A DNA stretch of 61,611 bases, filler included, from Pirum gemmata (taxonomy: Eukaryota): NCBI GenBank assembly GCA_002812295.1. It is 21 parts of 21 records of this genome, joined end to end, with 100 filler letters (N's around TTAATTAATTAA, not from the genome) between each part and the next. Parts side by side here need not be neighbours in the genome. Positions count along the whole stretch, not along the records: positions 21,169 to 23,983 come from PDIN01004489.1; positions 24,084 to 26,727 come from PDIN01004490.1; positions 26,828 to 29,660 come from PDIN01004491.1; positions 29,761 to 32,532 come from PDIN01004492.1; positions 32,633 to 35,425 come from PDIN01004493.1; positions 35,526 to 38,335 come from PDIN01004494.1; 15 more parts are not named here. One strand, written 5' to 3'. Under the pieces are notes generated by a model that ran no database searches, was not told the origin of the DNA, and was given only the letters and a program-made list of their open reading frames with translations. Both the position numbers and the translations under genes were made by a program. This document shows positions 23,766-36,527 of this stretch, piece after piece (the first letter of the stretch is position 1; each line of letters starts with the position of its first letter).

Positions 23766-25711
23766 TATATCATTATTGGTAACGTTATTGTTATTGTTAT
23801 TGTTATCGTTATCATCATTTTTATCATTTTTCATCTATTACAATTTATATACGCCTCTGGCATATTGCTGGGAAATTTTAATAAAAAGATAAATTTAATA
23901 TCATGTCAACGGTATTTATTTCTCTTCTTTTTCTTTATTATTATTGTTATCATTATCATTATCATTATCATTATCATTATCATNNNNNNNNNNNNNNNNN
24001 NNNNNNNNNNNNNNNNNNNNNNNNNNNTTAATTAATTAANNNNNNNNNNNNNNNNNNNNNNNNNNNNNNNNNNNNNNNNNNNNTAAGATATTGTTTTATT
24101 GCAATAATAAAATTTACAGTACTAGTGTTTTCTTTTATTTCTTTCATTTATTAACGGTAAAATTATGGTTAGGGTAAAAGCAACATTAATATTATATTAT
24201 ATACTATTTTGTAATTTGAATTAAATTATTATTTCCATCCAACAATAATAAAATCAACAACAGAATAATAATACCATTAAACAATAATTACAGTAGCACT
24301 ATAGTATATCATCAACAATATACTATAATAATAATACATTGTTATTTAATATGTTACTGTTGAACACTAATATCAATGAGCTTTAGCTACACATAAAATA
24401 TGATTATTTTATTCAAAATTTTGTATTATTAAGATATTGTTTTATTGCAATAATAAAATTTACAGTACTAGTGTTTTCTTTTATTTCTTTCATTTTATTT
24501 GTTTCTTCTTTTTTATTCTTGTTTCTTCTTTTGTCAGGTGTTCTATTATTGTGCCTTTAAAAAAAAAGATAGGAGGAGGACGGGGACACCCTATTTACTA
24601 AGCCCATACACACCAAAACTAAACTAAAAAACTAAATAATAATAAAAAAATCCAAAATAATTTTCACTTTTTTTAATTTAACATAATATACCAAGTATAT
24701 CAAAAAATACAAAAAGAAAACAAAAAATGAAAGTACAGACCAGACTTTTTTTTAAAAAAAAAATAGATAGTACGTACAGACTATAACAGACTACGATACC
24801 TAATTTTGAGAAAACGCCTAACTAAGAAAACCACAACTTAACAATTTGCAACAATCAGAGCACCCTAACAACCTAACTGCCTCTTCGAATACTGGTACAC
24901 CAATAAAATTGAAGTGAACAAATAATAAAGTTTTACAGAATTCCCACCAAAACTGTGTAGTGGTTGAGTTGGAGGTTAGATCTAACATTGCATTTCTTTT
25001 TTAACAACCAAGTCGGATAAAACAGTATAAAACTATAGAAATCATTTTTTCTTTCTTTTCTAAAAAACCTTTCATGCTAACAAGCCAAATTATTTTTAAA
25101 AACTGGATATTGGTTCATAATAGAGTTTTAATAATAACATATTTCTCAAAATTTGGTAGTACTTAAATTAACATTGGATATTTTTAAAAGATTTTTTGGA
25201 TTTTTTAGCTTATATGGTGGTCGTCATTTTTATCCGGTTTGGTAAAAAAATAAAACAAAAAAATACAGCTTATGATGAGCGTTTACCCAATAATCTATCT
25301 TATGGTGAGCGATAACCCAATATTCTATCTCAAATAGTGAGGGTGACGTCATTTCCGTAAAGAAATTACTCCACCACTGATATGATACTACTCCCTATTC
25401 GTTATTAAAATTTTTTTATATTATATTGTTATATTTTTAGTTTCTTTCTTTGTATTATCATAATTATTATAATAGACTATATTATTATAAAAAAAAATGG
25501 CAATAATTCCTAGTAATTTCCTACTCCTTGAATAATAATTCCATGCAAAAAAAAAAAAAAAATGGTCATAATTCGCTGGGTATTTATTTCTAGGGTAGAA
25601 GTATAGTTTGTAAATGACAATATTTCTAGGGTAGAAGACTTAGTACAGCTTGTAAATGGCAATATAAAGTAAAGCTTATAACAGGCAATACTTCAATAGG
25701 GTAGAATTTAT

Positions 25712-25757
<46 letters not shown>

Positions 25758-26072
25758 TAAAAGAACTTTTTAAAAACTTTCTCATTGAAAAAAAAAACTT
25801 TCAAATTTATTATTAAAGTAAAAGAACTTTTGAAAACCTTCTCATTTAAAAAAAAGTTTCAAATTTATGTTCGAAATTTCAAATGAATAACGTTATGGGT
25901 AGAATACAGTATTTTGGGGGAAATTGTTATTTATTTATTTTTGAATAATGTATGGCAATATTTTGTAAAAGCCAATATATCAAGGATAGAAGTATAGCTT
26001 GTAAGGGCAATACTTCAAAGGTGGAATGGTTTTTATTATTACATCATTATAAACAAAGGAAATATAGTAATG

Positions 26073-26137
<65 letters not shown>

Positions 26138-26139
<2 letters not shown>

Positions 26140-26319
26140 GTTAAACTGAGCCAACAGGAATCATCCTGTTAGGACCCAGTTTATCTTGTACTTAAAAGGC
26201 TTTCACGTGCCCGCTCAACAACTACTACTACTAACCCTAACTACTACTAGTACTAGTACTACTAGTACTAGTACTACTAGTACTACTACTACTACTACTA
26301 CTGCTACTATTACTACTAC

Positions 26320-26367
<48 letters not shown>

Positions 26368-26727
26368 TTACTACTACTACAGTAAACTAATGTATTACTT
26401 CTGCTACCATAATGATCTACTACTACTACTACTACTACTACTACTANNNNNNNNTTTTTTTTTTTTTTTTTTTTAACCTGTGTGACTTTGCGGGAATCGA
26501 ACCTGGGACCTTTGGGTCACGTGACATTTATGACTGCGAATCTGTTAAACTGAGTTAAAAGGAATCATCCTGTTTGGACCCAGTATATCTTGTACTTAAG
26601 GCTTTCACGTGCCCGCTCAACAACTACTACTACTAACCCTAACTACTACTACTACTACTACTACTAGTACTAGTACTACTAGTACTACTACTACTACTAC
26701 TACTGCTACTATTACTACTACCTACTA
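26138..26727. repeat. Tandem duplication of a ~100-bp unit plus (CTA)n tracts, overlapping a tRNA-like sequence on the minus strand (26481-26562)
   Basis: ctgttaaactgag...gctttcacgtgcccgctcaacaactactac at 26138 and 26542. The reverse strand has TAACTCAGTTT...AAGGTCCCAGGTTCGATTCC. Confidence 0.7.
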
Positions 26728-27099
26728 NNNNNNNNNNNNNNNNNNNNNNNNNNNNNNNNNNNNNNNNNNNNTTAATTAATTAANNNNNNNNNNNNNNNNN
26801 NNNNNNNNNNNNNNNNNNNNNNNNNNNTTATTATATTATTATTATTATATTATTATTATTATATTATTATACTATTATCATTATTATTATTATTGGTATT
26901 GCTATTTTATTCGATACATTATAAATTTATAAAAGTTGTTATTTCAAAAATTCATTAATTTAAATATATACGTTAGTGTTGTACTTGTAGAAAGCATATT
27001 TGTAGAACTTCACAACGTTTATCATCTATTAGGTAAAGTGAAATTAGTTATCTTTATTTAATATAAGTAAATCCATGGTTGTGTAATTGTCTGATATTG

Positions 27100-28536
27100 A
27101 TGTCTACAAAAACCCAAAACATGTCTGCTCCTCGGAGTGGCTTTGTCACTCCACCGACTAGGTCACCCTTTGATTCTCCACCTATGTCAACAAAAAAATC
27201 AACACCCATTTCCAACAGTAAACTAGATAGTTCAATGAGATCTACATCGTTAGGCCGTGTTGAGGTTGGTATAATACCCCCTTCTGACTCATTTTTATCA
27301 GAGTTAATGAGTCAAAAAACATTTGCCAAGAAGTTTAAACAAGTCGAAGAATCTGAGGATGAGGAAGAGGATGACAGTGGTGATTTCCAAAATATACTGC
27401 AACAACAACAACAACATCCACCACCACATCATTCTGCAGAGTTCTGTGAAAAACAAAACCTTTTAGAACAAGAGCAAAAGTTACTACAAGAACAAAAGGC
27501 ATTGTTGGAACAACAAACAAAACAATTGCAATTGCAGCAAGAAGAATTTCAACGACAACAACAAAAATTTCAGGAGCAACAAAAAGTTAAAGAGAAATCT
27601 CCAATTCGCAATGTAATACAGGGAGAGACAAGATCAAGAACACAATCTGAAGGGAACATGTTAAAAAACAAAACTTCTGAAACTTCTGATTCTGATACGA
27701 GTGTTGGAAAAGGTTCCCGAAAATCTAGAGGGTCTAGAAGTAGTAAAGGGGGTATTGGTCGTTCTTTGTCGTTAAAAAAGATGAAAAAACCAAAAATATT
27801 ATCATCTACCTCAAAAAATGATAGTAGTAATGAAAATGAAAGTAATAATAATAATAACGAAACCAAAGTTGTTTCTATTAAAGAACAAGAAAAAAAGGAA
27901 AAAGAAAAGGAAAAAGAAAAAGAAGTAAAAGACCAAATACAACCCAAAGAAAAAGAAAAGGAAGAGAAAAAAGGAACAATAAGTAAAAAATTAAGTTTTA
28001 AAAAGGATCGAAGCGTAAAACGAAGAAAATCGGATGCAGACAAACATAGAGCGTTAAGAAAAAATAATAGTAATACTAGCGCTCAAAGTAATGAAAAAAA
28101 TAGTGATAATGATTCTCTCACTGACAGTAGTATGGTATCCGAGTTAAGCCTTGCCGACGTACAAAATAGAAGCAGTGGTTATCGTTATACCAGTGGCTCT
28201 ATGAGTAAGTCCAAAACCGAAGACAAGTTAAATATTGGTACTCTTAGAATTAGTAAAGCTAGTAAGGGCAATAGTGCAAGTGTCAATGACAGCATTGTTA
28301 ATTCTGATAAGAAAGAGAATGATAGTGAAAATAATGAAATTTCCAAACTCAAAGCAACAACTTCAGATCACCAAAGCCATCATGGTGTGGAAAAAAACGA
28401 AAGTAAAAGTGGTGAAGGCCAGGATACTAACAATATTAACGATAATGAAAATACCAACAATAACAACAACAACAACATTAATAACAATAACAATAACAAC
28501 AACAACAAAAACAATAACAACAACAACAACAACAAC

Positions 28537-28585
<49 letters not shown>

Positions 28586-29660
28586 GCGATAGCAATAATG
28601 ATAGTACCTGTTCTGTTACTTCTAACAGTGGATCCCCTCAGGTAGTTAGGGAAAATGGATTTTTTAAAGTACTCAATCCAGTAGAAATGGAAGTGGAGTT
28701 TACAAATATCGACGAAGACAAAAAGAAAAAGAAACGTCCGAGAGCAAAATCCAAAGATTCCTCTGATAGAATAATTAATAATTTTCCTCCATTGGGAGAG
28801 GAAAATTCAATGAGAAAATCTTCATTGTCGAACAAGGGTTCCAAGACCTTATCTTTTGGCAAAGGTAAAAAAGAGGAGAATAACAAAAATGATTTACTAA
28901 ATGCTAATCAAAAATACAAAAGTCTGGATGGGATGTTAGAAAATAATGCTTATAGTAGTATCAGTGAGATTGATGGTATTGAGAGTTATGGTAAGAACGA
29001 TAGTAACCAACAAGAGTTTTCTGAGGTTAGAAATCGAAAAAATAGTACGAGTAAAAACAGTAAAAAAAATAACAATAACCCTTGTGTTTGCGGTAAAGGG
29101 GCTGATGGTAGGTGTATTTATTGTATTATCAACCCTGTAGAATTAAGAACTCCGAGTCTAGATTTGGTTTTTTCAGACAAAGTCCGTTCAGAAGGTATGA
29201 CTTTGTCACACGCTTTGTCTTTGGGTCGCAACGACCGTTTGAGATGCTCTTCAGATGAAAATATACTAATAAGAAAAAATTCAAGTAGCGAATCTGAAAA
29301 CGAAGTTGACGAAGTAGCTGAAGACCGGGATAGTTACATTATTGATAATAACAGTGTGGATAACAGTAATACTTACAACGCTAATGTCTTATTGAATAGT
29401 ATATTTAATAGTAGTATTACAAAAACAACAGATATAAACGAAAATGGCCCCAATTATATTAAACCTCAAGTATATCGCTCAGGTTCTAATACGTCAACGG
29501 TATCTGACCATACTTCGGATACGGAAAACTATGCTGTTCAATCCACACCACAATTACAAACTCAATCACACACATTGTTAACAGGCCCACCGTTACACGT
29601 AGAAGAAACGAAAGAGAGTGGACATAGTGTCAATAATAATAATAATAATAATAATAATAA
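27100..29660 (+). CDS. Large low-complexity protein (Gln-rich coiled coil, Lys/Glu-rich and poly-Asn tracts), 3' truncated
   Basis: More than 850 open codons from the ATG at 27100 to the contig end; small CxCx7CxxC motif; no family recognised. Confidence 0.8.
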
Positions 29661-29884
29661 NNNNNNNNNNNNNNNNNNNNNNNNNNNNNNNNNNNNNNNN
29701 NNNNTTAATTAATTAANNNNNNNNNNNNNNNNNNNNNNNNNNNNNNNNNNNNNNNNNNNNCATTGTTTACTGTTTATTGTTTATTGTTTATTGTTTATTG
29801 TTTATTATTTATTGTTTATTATTTATTGTTTATTGTTGTTTATTATTGTTTATTGTTTATTGTTTATTGTTTATTGTTTATTGT

Positions 29885-32485
29885 TTATTGTACATAATCA
29901 TTAGTTTCATCATATTCAGGTTCATATGGTTCTTTGTAATTATTAGCCTCTAGATGTTCAGTATACTCATTATCATTAGCTTTATTAGCCAATTCACCAG
30001 CCATCACAAAATCATTACTGCTAACCCCATTTAACAAATCTTTTTCATTTTTCTTGCGCTTATAAATGTAAATTACAACAGCAGCTCCCACTAAAGCTAA
30101 CAAAACAACTGCACCAATAACTACTCCGATAATGATCCCCTTGTTATTATTGCCTTCTTCACTTTGAGTGTTCACAATTATATTACATGCTTTTCGTATG
30201 TACCCAAGCTGTCCGTTAGTATTAATATACTTACTGTTAACTTTACAATCAATGTCTATGTTAAAATCAAACAATTTTTCTATTTCAAGAGTACTAGAAC
30301 AACAGTCTATAGAGTTTTTGTTCAACATTAACTTGCTTGATGGCTTAAGTGATAAAACTTTGCTTACTTCGTTTTCTTCCAAATGAGTAATAGCATTATC
30401 GCTTAAATCCAAAGTTTGCAGTTTCGTTTGTAGGCTTTTTAGAAAGCCAAGACTTTGAATTGAGTTATTACTTAAAACTAAAGCCGTTAACGCTTGAAAG
30501 CTACTAAATACCTTAGCGTCAATGTTGGTAATGTGAGCATTTTTCAAATTAACAGTGTTACAACGATGCACAAAATCAAAAGCTTTGCCTTCTTTTTTGG
30601 ATAAGTATCCTTTAGGGTCGATTTTAAATGCATAAGAAGTACACTTAGTGTGGCCATCTAACAACAAAGAGCCGATGTTAAAATTAGGATTTTGGAAAAT
30701 TGGGTCAAAAACTTTAGGAGGAAGATGTGTAATGTTGTTCAGTGTCAAATTTAACCCTGTTAAATGCTTTAAACCATCAAACGTTCCTGATGCTATGCTT
30801 GAAATACTATAGTTAGACAAATCCAAGTATTTGCATTGTTTTAGATAATGATATTCAGACCCTTTTCTTCTTGAAAGCTCTCCGTCAGCACTAATTTTAA
30901 AACCAAGAATAGAACATTTTGTTTTGTTATCTAAGAATAAAGTTTTATCCATCAGTAATCCTGGGTGGTTGTCAAAACAGCCCGCTGGTACTCGAGTAAT
31001 ATTATTATTAGTCAAGTTTAAAAAATTCAAATTACCAAAACTGGTGAAAGTATTATTGGAAATAATTTTTATACCTTGAAATGTTAAATTAAAACTCTGG
31101 CACTGAGAAACAAACTTATAACTTTGGTCATCATTTCTTTGTAATTGGAAGCCTGGGGAAGTTATTCTGAATGCTTTTATATCGCACTTTTTTCTCATGT
31201 GGTTGGGGCACACTGAATCCAAAGCGCATTTTCCTTTGTTTATTCCATCTTCACAGTATTCTCCAGTGCATGGTTTGAGTTTACCTTGAGCGCATTCTAA
31301 TCCTAGTTTACAAGTAACGCATTGTGTTTGGGAATCATTAGGCATAAGAGTACCAGTACACCTAGTTGCATTCCCATTACTACAAATACTATCCATTGGA
31401 CATTTGGCTTCAGTACCATTATGGCAGTATGGATCAGGGCAGCTTATTTGTTTACCATATTTACATTTGTATCCTTGTGTACAAGGTACGCATTGTGTTT
31501 GCGAATCATTAGAAATAACAGTACCGTTACACATAGTAGCCTTTCCATTTTGGCAAACATGATCACTTGGACAAGCTTTTGTTTTTCCTGTGGCACCAAT
31601 GCATTGAAATCCCGCTGGACAGGATAATTCTGTGCCATTTGTACATAAGTGATTTATTTTACAATCTTTTTCCTTCCCACCAAAACAATTTTTACCTTCA
31701 CTGCAACCAATACAATTAGTTTGGGCTGGGTTTGGCTTATATCTATCAGCACACTTTTTCTTTATCCCTTGCACACATATGTAGTCCGGAGCGCAGGCAG
31801 ACTGAATCCCAGTAGTATTATCACACTGAAATCCCGCCGGACAGGGTGTTTCTGCACCATTAACACATAAATGGTTTACTTGACAATCTTCTTCTACTCC
31901 GTTTGGGCACTTTTTGCCATTACTACACTTTTCACAAACTAATTGGGTAGCATTTGGTTTATAACCACTCAAACATTTTTCTTTTTTTCCACTAGGGCAA
32001 ATATAATCAGTCGGACAAGGAACACAACTGGCATTCCCACCTTCTCCATGTTCTCCTGCCTTGCATGCAGTACAGCTATCCCATGATTTTACTCCATCGC
32101 CAAAAAAACCTTCTGGGCAGGGTTCACAAACAAAATGCTTGTCCGTATCCAGAGTACAATTACCATAACAAGCACCCTGACAATTAATTAAATTATTAAT
32201 ATTGGGAAAAAAAACACGGTTACGTTGGGCTTGGGTTTTATCGTGTGTGAAATCAAAATCAATCACACTTTTGGGTAGCTTTATTAAACCGTGTGGGAAA
32301 TAAACATCCATAATGCTTTTGGGTAGTTTTTCAAAATTTCCTGGAGATAAAACGATTAAATTCGAACTATCAAGCCGGATCTCCGGATAACGATATCTAC
32401 TGTTATTTCTGAAATTATCTACGAATTGTTTGAAAATACCAGCAGGGATACTTTTGCCATTAAGTTTGTCTAAACGAAACTCTCT
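29885..32485 (-). CDS. Single-pass receptor: LRR-like segment, GCC2/GCC3-like Cys repeats, LRR cassettes, LRRCT, TM, Tyr-rich tail (5' truncated)
   Basis: Frame is open upstream of 32311 (EFRLDKLNGKSIPAGIFKQF). CP.G..C..G repeats, LxxLxLxxNxIxxLP repeats, NSIDCC cap, GIIIGVVIGAVVLLALVGAAVVIYIY helix then KRKK. Confidence 0.9.
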   Translation of the reverse strand, partial: REFRLDKLNGKSIPAGIFKQFVDNFRNNSRYRYPEIRLDSSNLIVLSPGNFEKLPKSIMDVYFPHGLIKLPKSVIDFDFTHDKTQAQRNRVFFPNINNLINCQGACYGNCTLDTDKHFVCEPCPEGFFGDGVKSWDSCTACKAGEHGEGGNASCVPCPTDYICPSGKKEKCLSGYKPNATQLVCEKCSNGKKCPNGVEEDCQVNHLCVNGAETPCPAGFQCDNTTGIQSACAPDYICVQGIKKKCADRYKPNPAQTNCIGCSEGKNCFGGKEKDCKINHLCTNGTELSCPAGFQCIGATGKTKACPSDHVCQNGKATMCNGTVISNDSQTQCVPCTQGYKCKYGKQISCPDPYCHNGTEAKCPMDSICSNGNATRCTGTLMPNDSQTQCVTCKLGLECAQGKLKPCTGEYCEDGINKGKCALDSVCPNHMRKKCDIKAFRITSPGFQLQRNDDQSYKFVSQCQSFNLTFQGIKIISNNTFTSFGNLNFLNLTNNNITRVPAGCFDNHPGLLMDKTLFLDNKTKCSILGFKISADGELSRRKGSEYHYLKQCKYLDLSNYSISSIASGTFDGLKHLTGLNLTLNNITHLPPKVFDPIFQNPNFNIGSLLLDGHTKCTSYAFKIDPKGYLSKKEGKAFDFVHRCNTVNLKNAHITNIDAKVFSSFQALTALVLSNNSIQSLGFLKSLQTKLQTLDLSDNAITHLEENEVSKVLSLKPSSKLMLNKNSIDCCSSTLEIEKLFDFNIDIDCKVNSKYINTNGQLGYIRKACNIIVNTQSEEGNNNKGIIIGVVIGAVVLLALVGAAVVIYIYKRKKNEKDLLNGVSSNDFVMAGELANKANDNEYTEHLEANNYKEPYEPEYDETNDYVQ

Positions 32486-32499
32486 GCAGTTTTTATAAA

Positions 32500-32532
<33 letters not shown>

Positions 32533-32632
32533 NNNNNNNNNNNNNNNNNNNNNNNNNNNNNNNNNNNNNNNNNNNNTTAATTAATTAANNNNNNNNNNNN
32601 NNNNNNNNNNNNNNNNNNNNNNNNNNNNNNNN

Positions 32633-32674
<42 letters not shown>

Positions 32675-32812
32675 CTGCAGAAAGCAAACCAATATTAGAT
32701 TTAGTTATGAATATAACAGGAGGCCTAAATTTACAACTTCAACACCAACCAAACGACCTACTGACTAACCATATTTTTAACAATAACAACGTTACTCACA
32801 TTAACACTAATA

Positions 32813-32843
<31 letters not shown>

Positions 32844-34611
32844 TAATAATGTTGGACGTCAAAAATCAATTGACCAATCACCACAACTTCAACCGCAACC
32901 TCAACCTCAACCTCAACCTCAACCTCAACCTCAACCTCAACCTCAACCGCAACACAATTGCAATATACGGCATCAATTCGCTAGATCAAAACCCATGAGA
33001 TTTAGTGACGGGAATATAAATATAAATACAAAATCATTAATTCAAAATTCACCGACTCTGTCATCAACGTTGTCAATGGGAGATAATGAAAATGAAAGAA
33101 TTAATAGTCAGAATAATATAAATTTTAATAATAATCGTAAAAATAGTAGTAATAGTATTTACTTTGGGAGCAGTCCGAAGCAGCCAAACTTTTATCATTC
33201 TAATGTTAACCTTGACGCTTCCATCTTGCAAAACAACAACAACAACAACAACAACAATATCGAAGTTAACGTTAAGCCTACTGATAATGCTAATTATAAT
33301 AATGATAATAAGATCACAATCATGAAAGAACAAGAAGAAGAAATCGATATAGAAAATATTGAAACTATTAAAGGGATTAAAACAATTAAGGATTTATTAA
33401 TCATAACTACGCAACCTAATCAATTCGCGCGTTTTCGTTATCAATCGGAACAGCGCGACAAACCCATTGAAGGTGAAAGAAATGGCTACCCCGAAATTAT
33501 CATCAACCCCAAATATTATAAGTATTTAAATTTAAATGATAAAAGTTTAGTGTGTAAAGTTAGCCCAGTTACACTATCTACCAACAAAGAGGGTCAGCCA
33601 ATGCCACATTTTCACGAACTAAGTGGAACTTTGAAAACTGAGTTTAACACTGAAAAAACAGGCGAGAGCATTCTTTTCTCTAGTAGTAGCATTAACCCAG
33701 AGCATCGTCAACATACTCAGACCACTTGTACTACCCAACCCAACCATCATCACCATCCCCATCACCATCCCCACCAGCACCAGCACCAGCAAGGCCACCA
33801 AAATTTTCGTAATAACAATTTGGATTTTTACACCACTACTACTACCACTACTGGACCAATGTATCACCAGTTTAATAATGATAATGATAACAGTAATAGT
33901 ATTAATAGTAATACTAATCCCATTTCAGCGCTCTTTGATAATTTAATTATATTAATGTCAAAACATCCAACTGTACCTAAAGAAGATGACCCCAAACGAG
34001 CTAAAATCGACCAACGTGCTGTGCGATTAAAATTTGAATGTTCCTTTGAATACCTTGGAGAAAAATATTATTCAAGCATTGTTTCCCAACCTATTTTCAA
34101 CGCAAAATTAGCAATCAGTAAACTCTCGCATAACTCTGGTACCGTTGTTGGTGGTAATGAAGTTATCATTTTGTGCTCCAAAATCAGAAAAGGTACTACA
34201 ACTATATCGATAAGTGAATGCCCCTTTGACATTCCATTTAGCTCAGGTCACCGTAATAAAAAAAAGGGGATCGAGTTAGTCGAACCGAATACTATAATTA
34301 AAGGAAATGAGCGAAATTGGATAAAGGATCCCGAAACTAATAGACATGTTTGTATATTGCCTGTAAGATATTTAACTTTTCATCATCAATTTGCAATTGC
34401 TTTTGAAATACCTCCATTTCATAATCAAAATATTACTGAACCAACAAGGGTTACTATTCGGTTGGCTGACTTTGAGGATCAAACTGAATCACAACCTGCG
34501 TTTTACACTTATTTTCCAAAAGAAGAATTTTCACAACAAGGTTATGAAAATGAGAGAAAGAGAAAAATGGCGAAGGGCTTGAATGAATTTTGGTCACAAT
34601 TTAATCAGTAG
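32633..34611 (+). CDS. NF-kB: NF-kB/Rel-family transcription factor (RHD + IPT + NLS, no ankyrin repeats), 5' truncated
   Basis: LIITTQPNQFARFRYQSE..IEG..YP recognition loop; VRLKF..VSQPIFN linker; LAISKLSHNSGTVVGGNEVIILCSKI and HHQFAIAFEIPPF IPT motifs; RKRK NLS. Frame is open to the contig start. Confidence 0.95.
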
Positions 34612-34841
34612 TAAATGATTAATGATAATATAATGATTAATGATAGTGATTAATGATGATTAGTGATAATGATAATGATAATGATAATGATAATGATAAT
34701 GATAAATGGTCACAATAATAATTATAATGATGAAAATAATAATAAATAAATTTTTAAATAAAAGTAAAAAATAAAATGATAATAAATTAATAAAGTAATT
34801 TTATTAATAATTAAAATAATAATTTATGATTTTTGTTTTTC

Positions 34842-34875
<34 letters not shown>

Positions 34876-35015
34876 ATAATCATTATTATCATTATAATAA
34901 TTATTATTATTATTATTTATATATCTACGTAAATCATCACTAATACTAAATTAATAACATTATTATTATTATTATAATTATTATTATTATTTTATATATT
35001 ATTTTACTATATTAG

Positions 35016-35293
35016 TTATTTGGCCCATTGTGTAGTTTCTGGACTAAAATTAAAACCATCCGCAACAATAAAGCGCCGGTCGTAAGGGGTACGAACTGTG
35101 TTTGCGCAATTTCCGCCACTCCAATTATTCCAACCAGCGTAACCTTTTTCTCGAGCTTCGAACCCATCCCTAATTTTTTCAATGTTTTCAACTTCATTAC
35201 TAGGCATCGATCCACAATGTGGTAAATAAAGTTCGGCCGCAACTTCTAATGTTTGCGCATTTATTACAGATATAACTTGTGTATCAAATCCTC
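35016..35293 (-). CDS. Terminal exon of an unknown protein, convergent with NF-kB
   Basis: TTAG acceptor at 35294-35295, then GFDTQVISVINAQTLEVAAELYLPHCGSMPSNEV...PYDRRFIVADGFNFSPETTQWAK*; GC-elevated complex sequence. Confidence 0.7.
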
Positions 35294-35887
35294 CTAATAA
35301 TAATAATGATAATTAATTAATAATTAATTAATAATTTAATATTATTATTAATTATGATAATTAATAATGATAATTAATAATAATTAATAATACTTAATAA
35401 TAATAATCAATAACACTAAATAACANNNNNNNNNNNNNNNNNNNNNNNNNNNNNNNNNNNNNNNNNNNNTTAATTAATTAANNNNNNNNNNNNNNNNNNN
35501 NNNNNNNNNNNNNNNNNNNNNNNNNTATTTAATTTGGTATATTTTATTATCTATTTGTTAATTTAAAAATGCCAATGTAAATATTATAACCAACCAAATA
35601 AATATTCGGAGTGACAGAATAAATGAAAAGCACGATATATATATAAATGTCTACTACTAGTCTAGCTAGTCTAGCTAGCTAGTAGCAGACCACGGGGGGG
35701 TCTCAGTGGGGGGTTTATTGTGCTTTCTGATCGTGCTTTTCAGTTGTTTTGTCATCATAAAATATATAAAAAAGAGTACCAAATTAATACAATATAAATC
35801 TATTTCATTTAATTAACCAAATAAATATTCGGAGTGACAAAATAAATGAAAAGCACTACTACTAGACTACCAGTAGTGTATAAACGA

Positions 35888-35935
35888 AAACCACCAGGAA
35901 AACCACCAGGAAAACCACCAGGAAAACCACCAGGA
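35888..35935. repeat. 12-bp minisatellite (AAAACCACCAGG)x4
   Basis: Direct reading. Confidence 0.9.
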
Positions 35936-36259
35936 ACCCCCCTCCCCACCAATAGCCAATAGACCTACTTAGACAATGGACTTTAATTAACAAAAAACAT
36001 TAAAATTTGATCATAGACAGAAATACCTCATAATTTTTTCTGGATTAGGACAGCTATTAGGACGTCACCTAATCTTACCCATGCCCTGTTGTCCAAAACA
36101 CTTTTGGTCATAATTTTAAAGTTCATTTTAATAATTAATTACTGCCTAAAACAGTTTAAGTCACACTTTCGAGCAATGACTTCTATCAAAGAATAAACGT
36201 CCTTTATGAATGTTCCCTAATACACTGTTGAGCGGGCACCATGGCCCTGGGATTAAGCC

Positions 36260-36527
36260 TCTCCCAATTCTGCTCGAGCCCGAAAACTCAAATTTCTGCT
36301 GTCGAAAAAAAAGCCCAAATTCAGTCCTGTTCGAAAAATATTTTTTCCATTTTTTCGGGTATATAAATAAATAAATATACTTGAATACTTAAGTAACTGT
36401 TAGCTTAAAATTTTCGAACTTATTTAATTAATACACAGGCTCGAAAACTCGATATATAGGCTCGAAAATTCGATACATAGGCTCGAAAACTCGATTTTTT
36501 AAACAAAGCAGAATTGGGAGAAACCTG
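36260..36527. mobile_element. MITE with TCTCCCAATTCTGC TIRs (hAT-like CAGGT terminus on one side)
   Basis: TIRs visible. Second copy at 59645-59861; fragment at ~5640-5708. Confidence 0.8.

Noticed and set aside
23297..23834. Poly-Met/Asp/His ORFs
   Set aside because: Simple-repeat translations
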